A stretch of DNA of 64,000 nt from Klebsormidium nitens (Eukaryota; Plantae; Klebsormidiophyceae): the NCBI GenBank assembly GCA_000708835.1, contig DF237055.1, positions 133,758-197,757 of the forward strand. Reading direction: 5' to 3'. A program made the position numbers and the translations under genes. Within the stretch, counting starts at the first letter, position 1; every line of letters starts with the position of its first letter. Below are positions 45,791-58,731 of the stretch, piece by piece. A model generated the notes under the pieces. It was not told the origin of the DNA. It made no database searches and worked only from the letters and a program-made list of their open reading frames with translations.

Positions 45791-48700
45791 ATGTCCTTAG
45801 TGCTGCAGCAGACCCTCCGGGGTTTGTGCCACAACACGCCGTGGTCATACGCCGTGTTTTGGAAGCTGAAAGAGCGGGCCAGGATGTGAGTTTCCAGCTC
45901 AGTCCTCGTTCTTTCCATCCCTTCAAAGTTGGCGTCTCTAGCTGAACTGTTCTGGTCGGACTCTCTTTCATGCATGCCCTGGAGTTTGTTCACATAAGAG
46001 GTGTCACGCTCTGACAAATCAAGAGCTGCATCAGTAAGGTGTAGCTTTTTCTCGATTATGTAGACATACTGAGCTAAGCCGACAAGCAGTGTTCAGAAGT
46101 GAGCTGGTGATGTCCCTCGTGACAAGTAAGTTAGCAAGCGCAAAGCTGACGCGCTGTTGCTTTGAGCTGAAGAGGCACGTCGGCCATCTGTCTCGTGATG
46201 GAGCTTAACTCAGTCAAAGATGGCTTGATCACTGCATTGGTGATGTTGTGAACCCTTGCGCCAGTCGCTGCTTGGAGTTTTGTTTGCTTGGAAAGTAGCG
46301 GTTATGGCTGAGTAGAAAGAGCGCTCATGGCAGTACGCAACTCTCAGATTGAGGTGCACTCTTTGGTTGACCCAAAGCTATGGAACTCTCCTTCGCGCCA
46401 GCTGTCCAGCTGTCGGTCTCTTGTGCACAGCCGTCCGATATTTTTTGCCTTCACTTTATAACAGCGCACGGTTTGAACATAAACGCTACTACCACTGGCG
46501 TCCCCGTTGGATTGTTGGTACATGTCAAGGCTCTTTGTTGGTCCAGCTGCTGGGGTTGGTTCACTTAAAAGGCGCCGCTGGCTTGCAACCCTCAAGTAAC
46601 CGCTGGAAAAGTGTCAAGAGTGCTTTACTTGGGCGGTACCAACGAGGGGGGTACCTTCTTCTTATGCTCTTGTTGGGTGTGTCTAAAGTCCATTCCTCAT
46701 TTCAATGATTTCACGAGCTTGCCTGATCAGTTGATTCTTCATAAGCCTCATAAGTCGGGAGGATCAACCACCAGGTTGACATGTTCTCCTCAACTTCGCT
46801 AGTCAGTTGTGAACCTGCTTATAGGAATGGGCAAAGAACGGCAGGTTTCCTTGTTCAATTCCAGAACAGCCCACCTTGCTGTTCAAGTGTAAAGGAGTTG
46901 CACGGAGCAGTCTTTTTGGGATTGTGGGCTCATGTCCAGTGCATGCAGGTTTTTCAGTGCCCATTTTGATCGGCGCTTCTTGTTTGTTCAATTTGAGCAA
47001 GTCGGCACAAGTATTGCCAAAATCATGAGAGTACTTTGGATATCTTCAAGTTCATTCCAATGGCGGTGTATTCTTTCGCGTGACGCACGGGTTCAAGTGA
47101 ACCCAACTTCGTAAAGCAGGGAGTGGGGCATTTAAATGATAGCCTAAAACCTTACTTTGGAAGTTGGCGCCAACTCTAGGGGCTTCTTACAAACACTGCA
47201 GTTGAACCACCGCAGTGCTTCTTCCTGCCTATACAGTCCTCAAAGACTTCCTCAAAGGCTTCCAAACAGCTCAAGCACCTCTTTGGGAGGCATCTAGCTG
47301 GATTCTCCGCCTATGTCCAGTCACATGAGAGCAAGTTTGAGGATTGAGAGAGGCGCCTAGAAACCGTTACGCTAATACGTTTACTAACAGCCCCGGGTGT
47401 TGGTGCCTTTGCAGCGTCCTGACTTGGGAGGATGGCTTCTACGATTACGCCAAGCGCAACCAGGCGCCGGCGGGTGAGGGCGACGAAGTTGACACGGAAC
47501 TTTTGGGCCTGGCGGTTGCAAAGATGTCGTACCACGTGTATTCATATGGGGAGGGGTAAGCAGTCTTGTATCTTCTCTTTCTCTGATTTTTCAGTCGGTG
47601 TCCCCATCTCGTCTCCTGTACTGGAACCCCTGGTCGCTGTCTTGAGGGGGGTGCTCAAAAGTGGGGTTTTGTTTTTCTTGAGTCTTCAGCTGCTGTCGCC
47701 CTTGTTTTTTGGTTCTTTTAGGGGGCGTATTGCTTGTTGACAGGGCGCTCTCTTGGGCAAAGAATCACGCTTCAATGAAGATGTTGCACTGGGTCTGTAG
47801 GGTGGGGGGGGCTCCTCGCCCTTCTCCTGAGATGCTTCTTGTTTTTCAAGAAACATTTCTTGTTCCTTTCTTAGCCTTCTGCTGCTTTCAACCAGGGGGG
47901 AAAGGTGGTGAATGAGTGAAAAATTTAGTGGCTGCTTCCACTAACTGGCTCTGTATCTTCAGAGCGTTCTACTGTTTTTGGCGTATGCTCCTGATGTGAG
48001 GGATGCGCTTATAGACTGCATCGGCGCCCAACTTTTGGATAGTCTTAACCAACCTTCAGCGTTTGTATCTCCTCTGCCACAGCCAAAGACATGCCCCTGG
48101 TTGAGGTTGCTTGTGCATTTGTCATGTATTCTTAGGGATCAAACGTGCAGTAAGATCTCCCGCTTAAACCTCTTTTGAGACCAATTCAGCTGGCGCTTCT
48201 CAGTTAACAGGTCCAGCCTTTTGGGGGAGTGTGCCTTTTGCTTTTCGCGAGTGAATCTATGAAAGGTACTGGATATCTATCTATTTGAGAGTTGTTCAGG
48301 CCTGTGCTTCTAGAACAGATGGAGGGATTTGACCAAAAACCTTCTGAGCAGGCTCTCATTGCAGGGAGGCTTGGGGTAATCCATCTCAAATTTAAGCCTT
48401 CTTATCATTCATCTGCAGCATCATTGGCAAGATTGCGTTCAGCGGAAAGCACCAATGGGTTTTCATGGGCGCTAGTGTCAACACCGACGAGAAGCACCCA
48501 GTGGGCTGGGAGAATCAGTTCATGGCCGGGGTCAAGGTTGGTGTCAAGCCCTCTCTGCTACGGACCACCTGTTTAGAGAGACACCAACTGTTCCTGGAGT
48601 AGAGTGCTTGATGCTCTCTATGAGAGGTGTCTGAGGCAAGGGGGTCCGTTCACCAAACAGCTCTTCTACTAGCAGACTAAGGAGTGGAGCAGTACCTTAC

Positions 48701-51700
48701 TCTGATTTCCTCTAGTCAACTGAGATCGTGAGTAAGGGCCTTTGACCTACTTCAAGTCCATCTGGGAAGGGGGGCCCTGCAGAAGTCGAAGGCGAAGGGT
48801 TTCTTTCAGAGGTTTCAAGAAGGGTCTGCAAGGCGTTGAGTCCTTGAGTCAGGAATGCTGGTTCAGAGCCTGGAAAACTTCGATAAGGTTGATACGGTTT
48901 GGGGCTCGTAGTCAGTATCTTCTAGAAGGTCAAGGCAAAGCAGAATCGAAAGTTACGCATAGCTCACCTCCTTTTCCAACAGCTAAGTCATGGGTGCAGG
49001 CAATGTATATCTTGGACTAAGATGGAGAAGCAGTTAATCAACCACAACTCTTACTCCGAGGCGCAGACTGTCAGGGGGTCAGGCAGATGTTGACCTTTCG
49101 AATCAGGGTACAGACAGTCAAACATTGACCAAGTTAGGATTCAAGTCAGCTTACTAAGATTTGCGTCCTAAATGCAGTCAGCTTTCTGTTTCTCAGGGGC
49201 ACACTTTGCCACCTTTGTTTCAAGCAGGGAACCAGTAAGTCCCTAAAGAGTTCTTGAACAGCCACTTTCTTACGTTTATCCTAGTCATCAATTTCCGCTA
49301 CCAATTTTGCGTACCTTTGCCAATGGGAACTGGTAATTTTTTCTGGACTCCACTTACACATAAGCTTGTCCCGCACTCACAATGAGGCAAGAGTGTCGCA
49401 AAGATAGCTGATTGGGTTCTTTGTCCTGCAGACAATCGCAGTCATTGCTGTGCCCCAGGGGGTTGTCCAGCTGGGCTCAACTAGAGTGGTGAGAAACTCC
49501 CCCTTTGCGTCTTCTTATTCATGTTTCTGCGCTTGGAATCTAGTAAAGTTGGTTAAATTATGTGTCAGTGTTGGGCATGTATCCTCAGCAGCCAGAAGTT
49601 CAAGCGCTGACTTCCTGCGGCTTTTGGGAAGATGAAGATTTGCTTTCCTCCAACAATAAGGTCCCCAAGCCGTTCAAAGCTTGATTGACGCTGACAAAGG
49701 TGTACCTTCTTCCTTTTCACCTGCAATCAAGAGTCCTTTCTGGCGATTGATGATCAAAGCAGAAGCACCTGTTGTGACACCGCAATCGCTCATTGAGAAG
49801 GGGTCCTTCAAACCTCTCTGTTTGCCGGACACTGAACATTTCTCTTACAAGACACTCGTCACCACCCTGCCCCGCGAACCCCTTTCTGCCAACTACCCTA
49901 ACTATCTTTTTCTTTTCTTTCTCCAGGTCCAAGAAGACCTGGCTCTCGTTAACCACGTGCGGGGTTTGTTCACAACCCTCCGCTCCATCCCGGGGGCCTT
50001 CCTCTCCGACCTCATGGCGGAAGGCCCTGCTGGCGCCCAGTTCAACCTGGCCGCGTTCCAAACCCCCCAGTGGGCGCCGCCGCCACGGCCCCAAACAAGG
50101 CCTCCCCAGCCCACTCTCAGCCAAAACCCCATTCAGGAGGGCCCTGTAGCCGCGACCGTCGTACCAAACCCCAGCCATTATTTCGCCAGACCGCCGCCAG
50201 CAGGGCCCCTCCCTGCACAGTCGCCCAGGGGGGGTCCGGGGGGCAGGCCGCCGTACCCCCCCATCGCGCCGCGGGGGGCGTGGATGCAGCCGAACCAACA
50301 GATGGGGGCTGGGTTCTACACCCAGGTTACGCCGCAGCTAGTTGCGGAGGGATCCCCCTACGGAGTGCCGCACCCGTATGGGGTGCCCATTTCTGCGCCG
50401 GTGTACAGCAACCCCCCCACTCCGACAGAGGGGGGCGGAAGTCAGGGGGGTTTCAGCATGGGGGGGATGGCGAGGAGTCAGCGGAAGGGGCGGAGACGTG
50501 GGGGGGAAACGGCGTCGTCGGGGGGCAGCCGGGGGGTGCCGGAGCAAACGGTCTCCGAAGCACGCAGCAGTGACAGCACGCAACCCCGGATGCAGCGCCA
50601 GCTGTCAACCGGCAGAAAGGAGCCTAGCCTCGGGGGGGGTTACGAATTGCGGGGTTCTGAGGTCGAGGGGGTTAGCTTGACCCCCCCCAGTTTGTCAGAC
50701 TCGCAGCTCGAGTTTGCTAGGCGGCTAAGCCCCCCTGGGGAGATGCCGACGAATTCGGGGCTCATGTGGGGACTGCTGGTGCAATCCCGTCCGAGCACCT
50801 CTTATCTCCGCCACTCTGTGGGGTCTCTTCCAGACCGTTACCAGACGCTTTTGATGGGGCCCCATCATATGGGAGGGCAGCCGTCGCCTCCGCCTGGCAG
50901 GTTAAGCTTGTTAGCACCTAACCCGATTCAGGTGCAGCAAGCGCGTGTTGAGTTGCCCCCGCAGGCGATTCTCGAAAAGGGGGGGTACTTCCGAACGCAC
51001 CTGAGCAAGGGCCACGTGTCGGAGAAGGAGGCGAGTCCCAGGGGTGACACCGGTTGCTCGACGGTGTCAAACGCGCAGCCTGACGTGCACAGGCCGCCGC
51101 TTGACACTCGGTCGGAGGGCGGGTCCACGGTTGGCGAATCTGACTTTCCCGCTCTTGGGAAGCTCCCGGAACCGGGTCACGTGCAGTCGAACTTTTCGGG
51201 GGGGTCGAGCTCACTCAGCACGCAGGTCTCGGCGCCCGCCCCCGAGCTGGGGAAACGGCTGCCGGCGCTGCCTAACCTGCGGGTTAGCACCGGGTTTACC
51301 AAGATGCTGAGCGAAGGGCAGAAACCGACGCTAGAGAGTGTGGAAGCGTACAGAATGCAGCAGCAAGCGCAATTGGAAAGCTTGGAGAAAGCGGGGCTGA
51401 AGGGAACGGAAGTGTATAACATGTGGGAGGAAATCATGAAGGAGAACTACCGGGTCGGCCTTGCGCTGGCCGGCTTCAATGGGGAACAGGATGCGCCGGT
51501 AAGTGGGTCCCTTTTGGCATTTCACGAATCCGCTTTAAGAATCAAATTTCGTGGCGTGCGTTTCTCGATCGTCTCTTATGTATGAAAGGCGTTGGGTCTG
51601 CAGAGTCTAGTTGGGTGTCCTAGGCAACATCAATCTGTGCAAGCAACAGGTAGCAGGGTCAAACTCGGAGAGCGTCTGAAAGTCCGAACGCTGGTGCGCT

Positions 51701-54700
51701 TGCTCCGTGTTCAATACGGCTTCGCCTTTTCTTCTCTTCGCCTCCCTCGATCGCTGCATTCTCCTTTTTTCCTTTCTGCCTGTTTGTGACTCTCGTGTGC
51801 CCAAAACGTACTTTGAAATTCTTTTTATGTCTACAGGTAACGGCCCCGCTTTCCGTCCAGCCCTCCCCCGCATTCCCCCCCTCCAGCTTGTCAAACTTCG
51901 ACAACACTCCGGCCACGATTCCTCTTCTGGGGCGTCAGAGGTCTGGTGCCCTCCAAGGGATCCCTTCGGGGGGGCCGATGCAGGCCGTTTCCGAGACCCC
52001 TCTTATCAGTTGCGGCGCCACCGAACAGATCCAAAACATGCACCTCAGTTCGGGGTCGCGCTCTCCGGACCCGCTAGAGGTCAAGTCCGACCGGACGGAT
52101 CAACCCGAGCCGCGAATCCCGGAAGGGGTTCCCGCCGGGCGCGTCTCCCGCACGTCGGTGAGGGGCGGGGGTCTGCCCCGCGGGGGCCCCCTAACCGGAG
52201 CGGAAACGGTGCTCGAGTTGGCCGCTATGTACAGCCACAGTCCATTCCTCGCTGCTGTCAACACCGTGGCAAATGACGAACTAGGTGCGGACGGGATTTT
52301 CCGCGGGGCGACGAACGTCGGGCTGTCGCGCATGATGCCCACCCCTGGGCTGTCCCCCACTCCCACCGACCTTGATCTGCCGGCGTCGGAAACGCCGAGC
52401 CCGACGGTCGACCCGCCGCCGGGCCCATCAGGTCAGGATTGTCCCCTGTGTTTTTCCACAGTGAAATCTGGCCCTTAACCATGGATGGTCATGGGCTGGC
52501 TATGGATTGGTTTAAAACTGGTTGACTGTCCAATGACCAGAGTTGGCCGGGAACCAGCCTTGGAACGAGGTTAAAGCCCACTTGTTTGTCCAATAAGCGG
52601 AGACTCAGTCTGGTCATCAGCTTGGTTAGCAGCCGTAATCTCCTGTGCTCTGGGATCTCCTCTTTGCATCTCTTTCTCTTGCAATCCTCTCAAGTTCTTC
52701 TTTACGTGCCATGGGAAATTGCGCATTCCTGTTGAAGATTCCTATCTTGAGCTTTGCAACTCCAGCTTGATCTGTGTCTTTGCCATGTCCAAAGGTCAGC
52801 TTCAAGGACAAAACCAACATGTTGATTGTGACGTTTGCAAGTTCTAATGATGTAAGCTGACGTCATCCTGTTCCGTGCCCCCCTTTCAGAGGCGTTCAAG
52901 CCACGGAGCAGCCCCCCAGTCCCGCTCTTCTTCGCGAACGCGCGCACGCCCTCCCCGTTCGCGGGCGGCCGCCCGGGCGTCCCGCTGTTCAACAACGAGA
53001 CGATTGCGTCACTGCCCACGTCATCCGTCTGGGCGATCGCGCTGAAAGGCAGCGGGGAGGCCGCCGCTCGCCGGCGGGCGGGGCTGGCCCCCCCCTCGGA
53101 ACCGTCGATGAGTCACCAGGGGAGCGCGGCAACGCAGCCGATGTCGTATTCCATGCAAGCGTGTGCAAGCTCGGACGTCCAGGCGAATTTCCCCTCGACG
53201 CCGTCCGCGGTCCGGGTGACGTCAGCGCTCGACGTCACCCCCCCGAATGAGGCCGAGAGTCCCCGGAGCAGGTCGCCGGAGCCCGGGGAGATGACGGTGA
53301 TGTCAGCGGGGGCAGCGCTGGAGTCCCGCGGGGGGGGCGCGGATTTCGCGGACAGTCCGGGGTCGCGCCTTGAGCACGCAATCTCCGCCCCTGCGGGGTG
53401 GGAGACGCCGAGCGTGAGTGACGTCAGCAAGCGGACGGTGTCGAAGCGGAAGGGCGACGAGTTTGACGATCGGGCGGAAGCGTCCGATGCGACTGGGGAG
53501 GGGGGGGGCGAGTCGGAACGGGGCGGCGCGCGGGGGCGCAAAAAGGGCAGGTTGCGCGCGCCCCCGGATACGTTCTCGCCGCACGAGCTGACGTCGACGG
53601 GACGGCCGCGACCCAAGGACCGGCAGCAGATCCAGAAGCGGTTAGCGGAACTTCGGGGGTTAGTGCCGAACACGGGGAAGTTGCCGATCGACGGCTTGCT
53701 CGAACGGACGATAAAGCACCTGGAGTTCTTGCGGAGCGTCAAAAGCGAGAAGCCGGTTAAGAAGGAGCTGTCCTTACCACCCCTCCTCCCCCTGCTGAAA
53801 TTCGACGAGCCTCAATCCGCTTCAGAGATTCTCCCCGGGTTGACTGCTAACCCACGGAAACGGCCGGCCCTCCGTGGGTCGTCCTCGCTGCAAAACCCGG
53901 AGGTTAACGCGAAGCTTCGCCCCGAGAGGCCGGCCTTTTCGGAGGCCAGCGTGCTTAACCCGCCAAGCCTCAAACCCTCAAACTCAACCCTTAACCTACT
54001 CAATAACCCGCCTCAGTCCCCGGAGTTGAACCTAAGTCTCCTGGCGAACCCCCATCTATTCTCGAGCCTTCAGCACAGTCTAGGAGAACCTTTGCGGACT
54101 GAGGGGCCGGTGGACACGTGGACACGACAAAACGCGCCAGGTGGCGGCCCGGGGTTGGGTCGCAAGAGCAGCGTTGAGCAGTTGTTGAGTTCGTTGCATT
54201 CGGAGCCGGTTATTGTGGAGGTTCTAAAGGATCCGCGGCAATTGCGAATTGAGGTGGGCTGTCTTGTCTCGTCAGGAATCATGCCCACTGAATATATGTT
54301 GGGCTATATCCAAGAAAGAGGAATTTGGGTTTGCCCGACTTGTCTGCGTCTCTTATGCTACTTCTTTCTTCCGTCCTGCCTCAAGCGATTCGTTCTCCCA
54401 CTTTGTCGGTTTCCCTTCCATATTGGGTGCAGATTTCTTCAATAGGAATGAGAGGTGAAGAGGAAAGTCAAGCGTTGATACGAAACTCATGTTCTTCTTC
54501 GCACAACTTCTTGTCTATCTCTGCTTCTTGGTAAGATGGCGGTCAGGACTCAGGTTCAGCTTGATTTCTCTGCCAACCAATTTGTGTCAGCTCTTCTGTC
54601 CAATTTTCGATACCTGGCATGTGCCTATTCGCTGACCCCGCCCTTTCCTCGCCAGGTCCTTTGTAAAGACGAGAGCTTCTACGCCGAGTTGTCCGGCTTC

Positions 54701-55030
54701 CTGCACGGGTTAGGCCTGCAGGTTAAGCGCTCGGTTCTGCAAACCGTCGCAAACGGGCAGCAGTGGGCCCGGTTCGTGGTGGAGACCGTTAAACCCATGG
54801 ACCGCCTCGAGGTTTCCGTGCCGCTGCGGCGGTTTATCGAATTGAAAACGGGCGGTTTTGAGGGGCACCTAGAGTCAAGAGCGGGCGAGGCTGGGGGTAG
54901 CGGCACCCAGCTGAGCTTGCTCCCCCCGCTAGACTTGGACTTTGGGGCTCACTTCCCCTCGTCCCACTGGCAGGGTTTGGAGGGCGTTTTAGAGCACGAC
55001 TTGAACATGTACCTGGACGATCCGTACTAG
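45791..55030 (+). CDS. LHW: LONESOME HIGHWAY-family atypical bHLH transcription factor (bHLH-MYC_N + bHLH + ACT-like)
   Basis: 5' exons 45791-45885, 47415-47555, 48419-48536, 49432-49488, 49927-> give TLRGLCHNTPWSYAVFWKL, VLTWEDGF, LGLAVAKMSYHVYSYGEGIIGKIAFSGKHQWV, GWENQFMAGVKTIAVIAVPQGVVQLGS. bHLH RPRPKDRQQIQKRLAELRGLVP...IDGLLERTIKHLEFLRSV. C-terminal LCKDESFYAELSGFLHGLGL...WARFVVE; stop 55028-55030. Central low-complexity exon boundaries are uncertain. Confidence 0.88.
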
Positions 55031-56876
55031 CAGTGCATAGGGAGGTGCGCAGAGAAAGAGAGGTGATGTGTAGAGCGCGGTCGCCGCACAGAGGTGTTAG
55101 GGCGTTGGGGTAAGCTAAAACCCGTGGAGTTGGACAGAATAACCATAGTGTGTTGAGTCGTAAGACGCGGCTGCTCTTGCTAAGGTCGACAGGCAGAAGA
55201 GGTGCAGGCAAAGTGATTAGCCTAGGAGTGATTGTGTTGCATGGGAGATTGAATATGATTTGAAGCTCGTCGAAGGAGACTAGACTCCAATACTTAGTTT
55301 CTAAGTTTGCATTTGGACGTTATAGGGTTCAGGGCTGAGCATAAGATCCAAGGCGGCGGTGTTTGCATCCAGGTTACCAAGGGTCACCCGTACATAACGG
55401 AGACAATAGTCGGTTTAGGTCGAGTACCCAGCTAAAAAAAGTTGACTCTCTTTAAAGGTGGAGGCGACGTGAACTTCCAAGTGTGTTGAGGCCGATCTGA
55501 AGTAGCGTATATCAAGCTTGAACATGCTTAGAAGTCAGGCCGCCACTGCTACTTCGTGGCTCGAGCATTTGAGCTCTTCAGGCCTCATGCCAGCTGAAAT
55601 CAATGAATGTGACGCGGAAGATGGGGTTTTCATGATGGGTACACGTGGGTACACGCTTCAACTTCAGGCCGCTATATTATTAGCTTGACAGTGACTGATT
55701 TTAAGTGCTTCAAGTTCAAGTTTGTATACCATACTTTCCTTAAGTTGGACGGTCATATGAATGATGCGGATAATCCATCATGAACTTACGGTGGCCAGAT
55801 ATATCTGGATTGAGAGTCGATTGCAGGCCATATTACCATCATGTTCTCTTATAAGATCGGATGTTTGATTATGAGACATCATTGATACCGTTGGACATGC
55901 AGGATCGCCCGCCAGCGTTGCATGGGCCAAGTTGGGAAAGGCACGACTACTTATAAAGCATGATACACACTAGACAATTGATTGCTATAGGTACTATATT
56001 CGGATCGACTCATATATTGCATGATCATTAATATTCGATCGGATCGAGGCGCAGAATATTTCAGTACATGATCAGTGCATATACCTGACCGGACATATAC
56101 GACCAAGCTCGAGGGATGCATGCGTACAGCAAAAAGAATCGATCTGAGTCAAGCGCGTCGGAGATCGATCGAGCCTGCGCTCAGGCTCCGAGATCATGGC
56201 ATGGCGCGGCCTGGCATATATTGTATACTGTACCGTCTTATACTTTGAACAATCATACATGTATGCCAGCCTGTCTATTACTTAGTCATGCAAACAATTA
56301 TATGTTTTCATTTATAGTATTAGTTAGTACGTCGGATGAAGTTCACGTAGCTGCGATCTGCATGCAGCTATATCCACCGTGCACCGGCTGGCACAGCAAC
56401 ATTTGCCGGGTTGAGCTGAGTTCGAATCTTCTTTCCCGTTAGTCCAGTCCCGCGCGGGAGGATACTTGACAGATTTGCAGCGCAGGCTTGCATGTGTGAC
56501 TTTGGCACAGTGCCAGTCGATCATAATTGTGCCAGAGCTTGCATCTCATGTGTGCTTAGCTCTATGCGGGCTGGGATACTACTTGATTTGAAATAGTCCG
56601 AACTTCAATGCGGATTTGCATTCCCTATGCAGTATGGTCAAGCTGTTGGTACACTATGATACAATCTACAAGCGATGGCTGGCTGGCCTCAACTTAACTG
56701 AGTTTGGCTTCTGGAGCGACTCTAGGGCAAATGACTGGCTGGAAGCTTTTGAAGCGGCTGTACAACAAATGACTAGCTGACTTTCAAAAAGGGTTTTGGA
56801 CCCGCTCTAGCAGACTTTTCGTTTAGCAAGCCCGTCAACCAGCGGGAGTTTCCTCAAAGTTGACCTGCCTTCGACT

Positions 56877-57914
56877 TTACCATCCCATTGACCCAGGGAT
56901 TCCCTTTATGGGCCCCACTATGTCTTTGGTCACCCAGCCCCCATAGAAGCCACCCGGTTGGGGGCTAGCTTTCTCTCCGTCTACATAGCAGCCGTCCATC
57001 GGGGCCGCATACATAGCGATATAGCCTTTGATGGCCGCAAACGGCGGCGTTGGGTTCTCGTAGCTCCAAGCCACATCGCGAGCCTCCTTGTCGCCAACTT
57101 TGATCGACCAATACGTGGCATGACCCTTCCACTCACAGAAGGAACGCTGGCCGGGCGACCTGTACGAACGGCGTCAAACCTCAGGATAACGAAGATGAGA
57201 GGATGCAGATTGCTGCTATTGGCTTCCATTCGGCCCCTGGTTCCGGTCACGAAAGACAAATATTCACATTCCGGAAGTGTTCAAGGGCAATATGCAGGCC
57301 TGCAACCTAGAGACGCCTACTCCATTCAGCCCCCACGGACTCCAATTCAGGACGCCTTTCAGTAACAAGAAGCGTTTACAAAAACTTCGCGTAAGAATAA
57401 AGCCTTCGGGGCTTGTGCGCAAATGACTTTGCCCCTCAATTCTAGTGAGAAAGGACACGGAATGCAAGCGCCTGTACGTCTTCCTTTTTTCGTTTCCTCA
57501 AACTCAAGAGATACTCAAGAAATGACGTTCAAATGGTTCTGATTCTGTTTGCCTGCTTCAGTTTTGAGCGGGTTTCTTGATGAAGGCATAAAACACTCAG
57601 GTCTCTACGGAGCGAAGAAAGTGCAAAAACATCCTGACATCCTTCTTCAAGTGCCTGGAACCAGGATCCGAACAAAGCGTACCATACCTGGTAAAATGCT
57701 CCATTTTGAGATCCCCTGGGGGCAGGTAATAGGTCGGGGGGTGCGACGTTTCTAAGACTCGGTACGCGTTCTTTGTATCTACGATGGTGACGCCGTTAAA
57801 GTCGACCTTGATGTGCTTTGGGGTCTTCTCTAACCGGGGCGGCCGGGGGTAGTCCCACACGGATTCTTGCCCGGGACCGGGGGCCTCTTTCTTGATCGCG
57901 GGGCTGCCCCACAT
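56877..57914 (-). CDS. DUF427 family protein, ~169 aa
   Basis: Exons 57914-57688 and 57159-56877. QESVWDYPRPPRLE, RVLETSHPPTYYLP, SFCEWKGHATYW, AWSYENP, QPGGFYGGWVT are typical of bacterial-type DUF427 proteins as I recall them. Confidence 0.85.
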
Positions 57915-58731
57915 GGCTACTGTACTTGAAAGCCTGGACAGAGATGTAGAATCGACTTTACGCATACAGACAGGAAGCTGAGGTTTTAATATAGACGCAA
58001 ATAACCGACAATGATGGGTTGCAGATTGGAAGGGCAGATACATTCCTCTTAACCGAGTTTCCTTAAACGTGGCTTATCTGAGAAGGCCAGCTTTCAAGGT
58101 CTTTAGGGCGGGGCTGAGGGCCAGGCCAAAAGGAATAGCGAACCTCGCTGGATCAGTCGGTAAGGGAAACAGCAATTTGGCTCTGGGATTTTTTTTGGGG
58201 AAAACATCCAGAAGAGGAATCTTTCTGCAGCTCCTACAACTGTAAATTATGATGGAACAACACAGTCACAGGCATGCCAAAAGGAGCGCCAGTCCTGGCA
58301 ATTCCGATTATTGCGGGGCAGGATGTCGGGCTTGGTCAGCTTCGGGAAAATATATCAGCAGCCATTGATGCTCTGCCCAAAGCTATCATCATGCCAAGCC
58401 CTTAGCACCCCACACAACATTCGACCAAGGACAGAATGTGTCCGCAGCCTACGCACTGGGAAAAGCACGGCTTCTTTGCAACCAATTGAGTTCACTTGAA
58501 CGACAGCAAGGGCTTGGTAGCAATCCCGTCTGGTTCACTTACATATCGAAACACTAAAGTTTAGTGTATTGCGCAGTGGCCAAGGAGATTAAGGAGGAAA
58601 AGATGACTGATGATTGCCAAGTTCAAAGCACAAGCATCGCAAGCATGGAACAAGACGTTGCTCTGACTGCAGATCCAGAATGAGCGACTGGGGCCTTCAA
58701 AGACAAGCGTCAAAACAATTGACGATGCCTA

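Noticed and set aside
49681-51585. 634-aa ORF as a standalone gene
   Set aside because: It is the central part of the LHW gene; 49681-49926 is intron read through in frame.
56418-56428. B-box-like GAGTTCGAATC suggesting a tRNA
   Set aside because: No A box at proper spacing and no cloverleaf.
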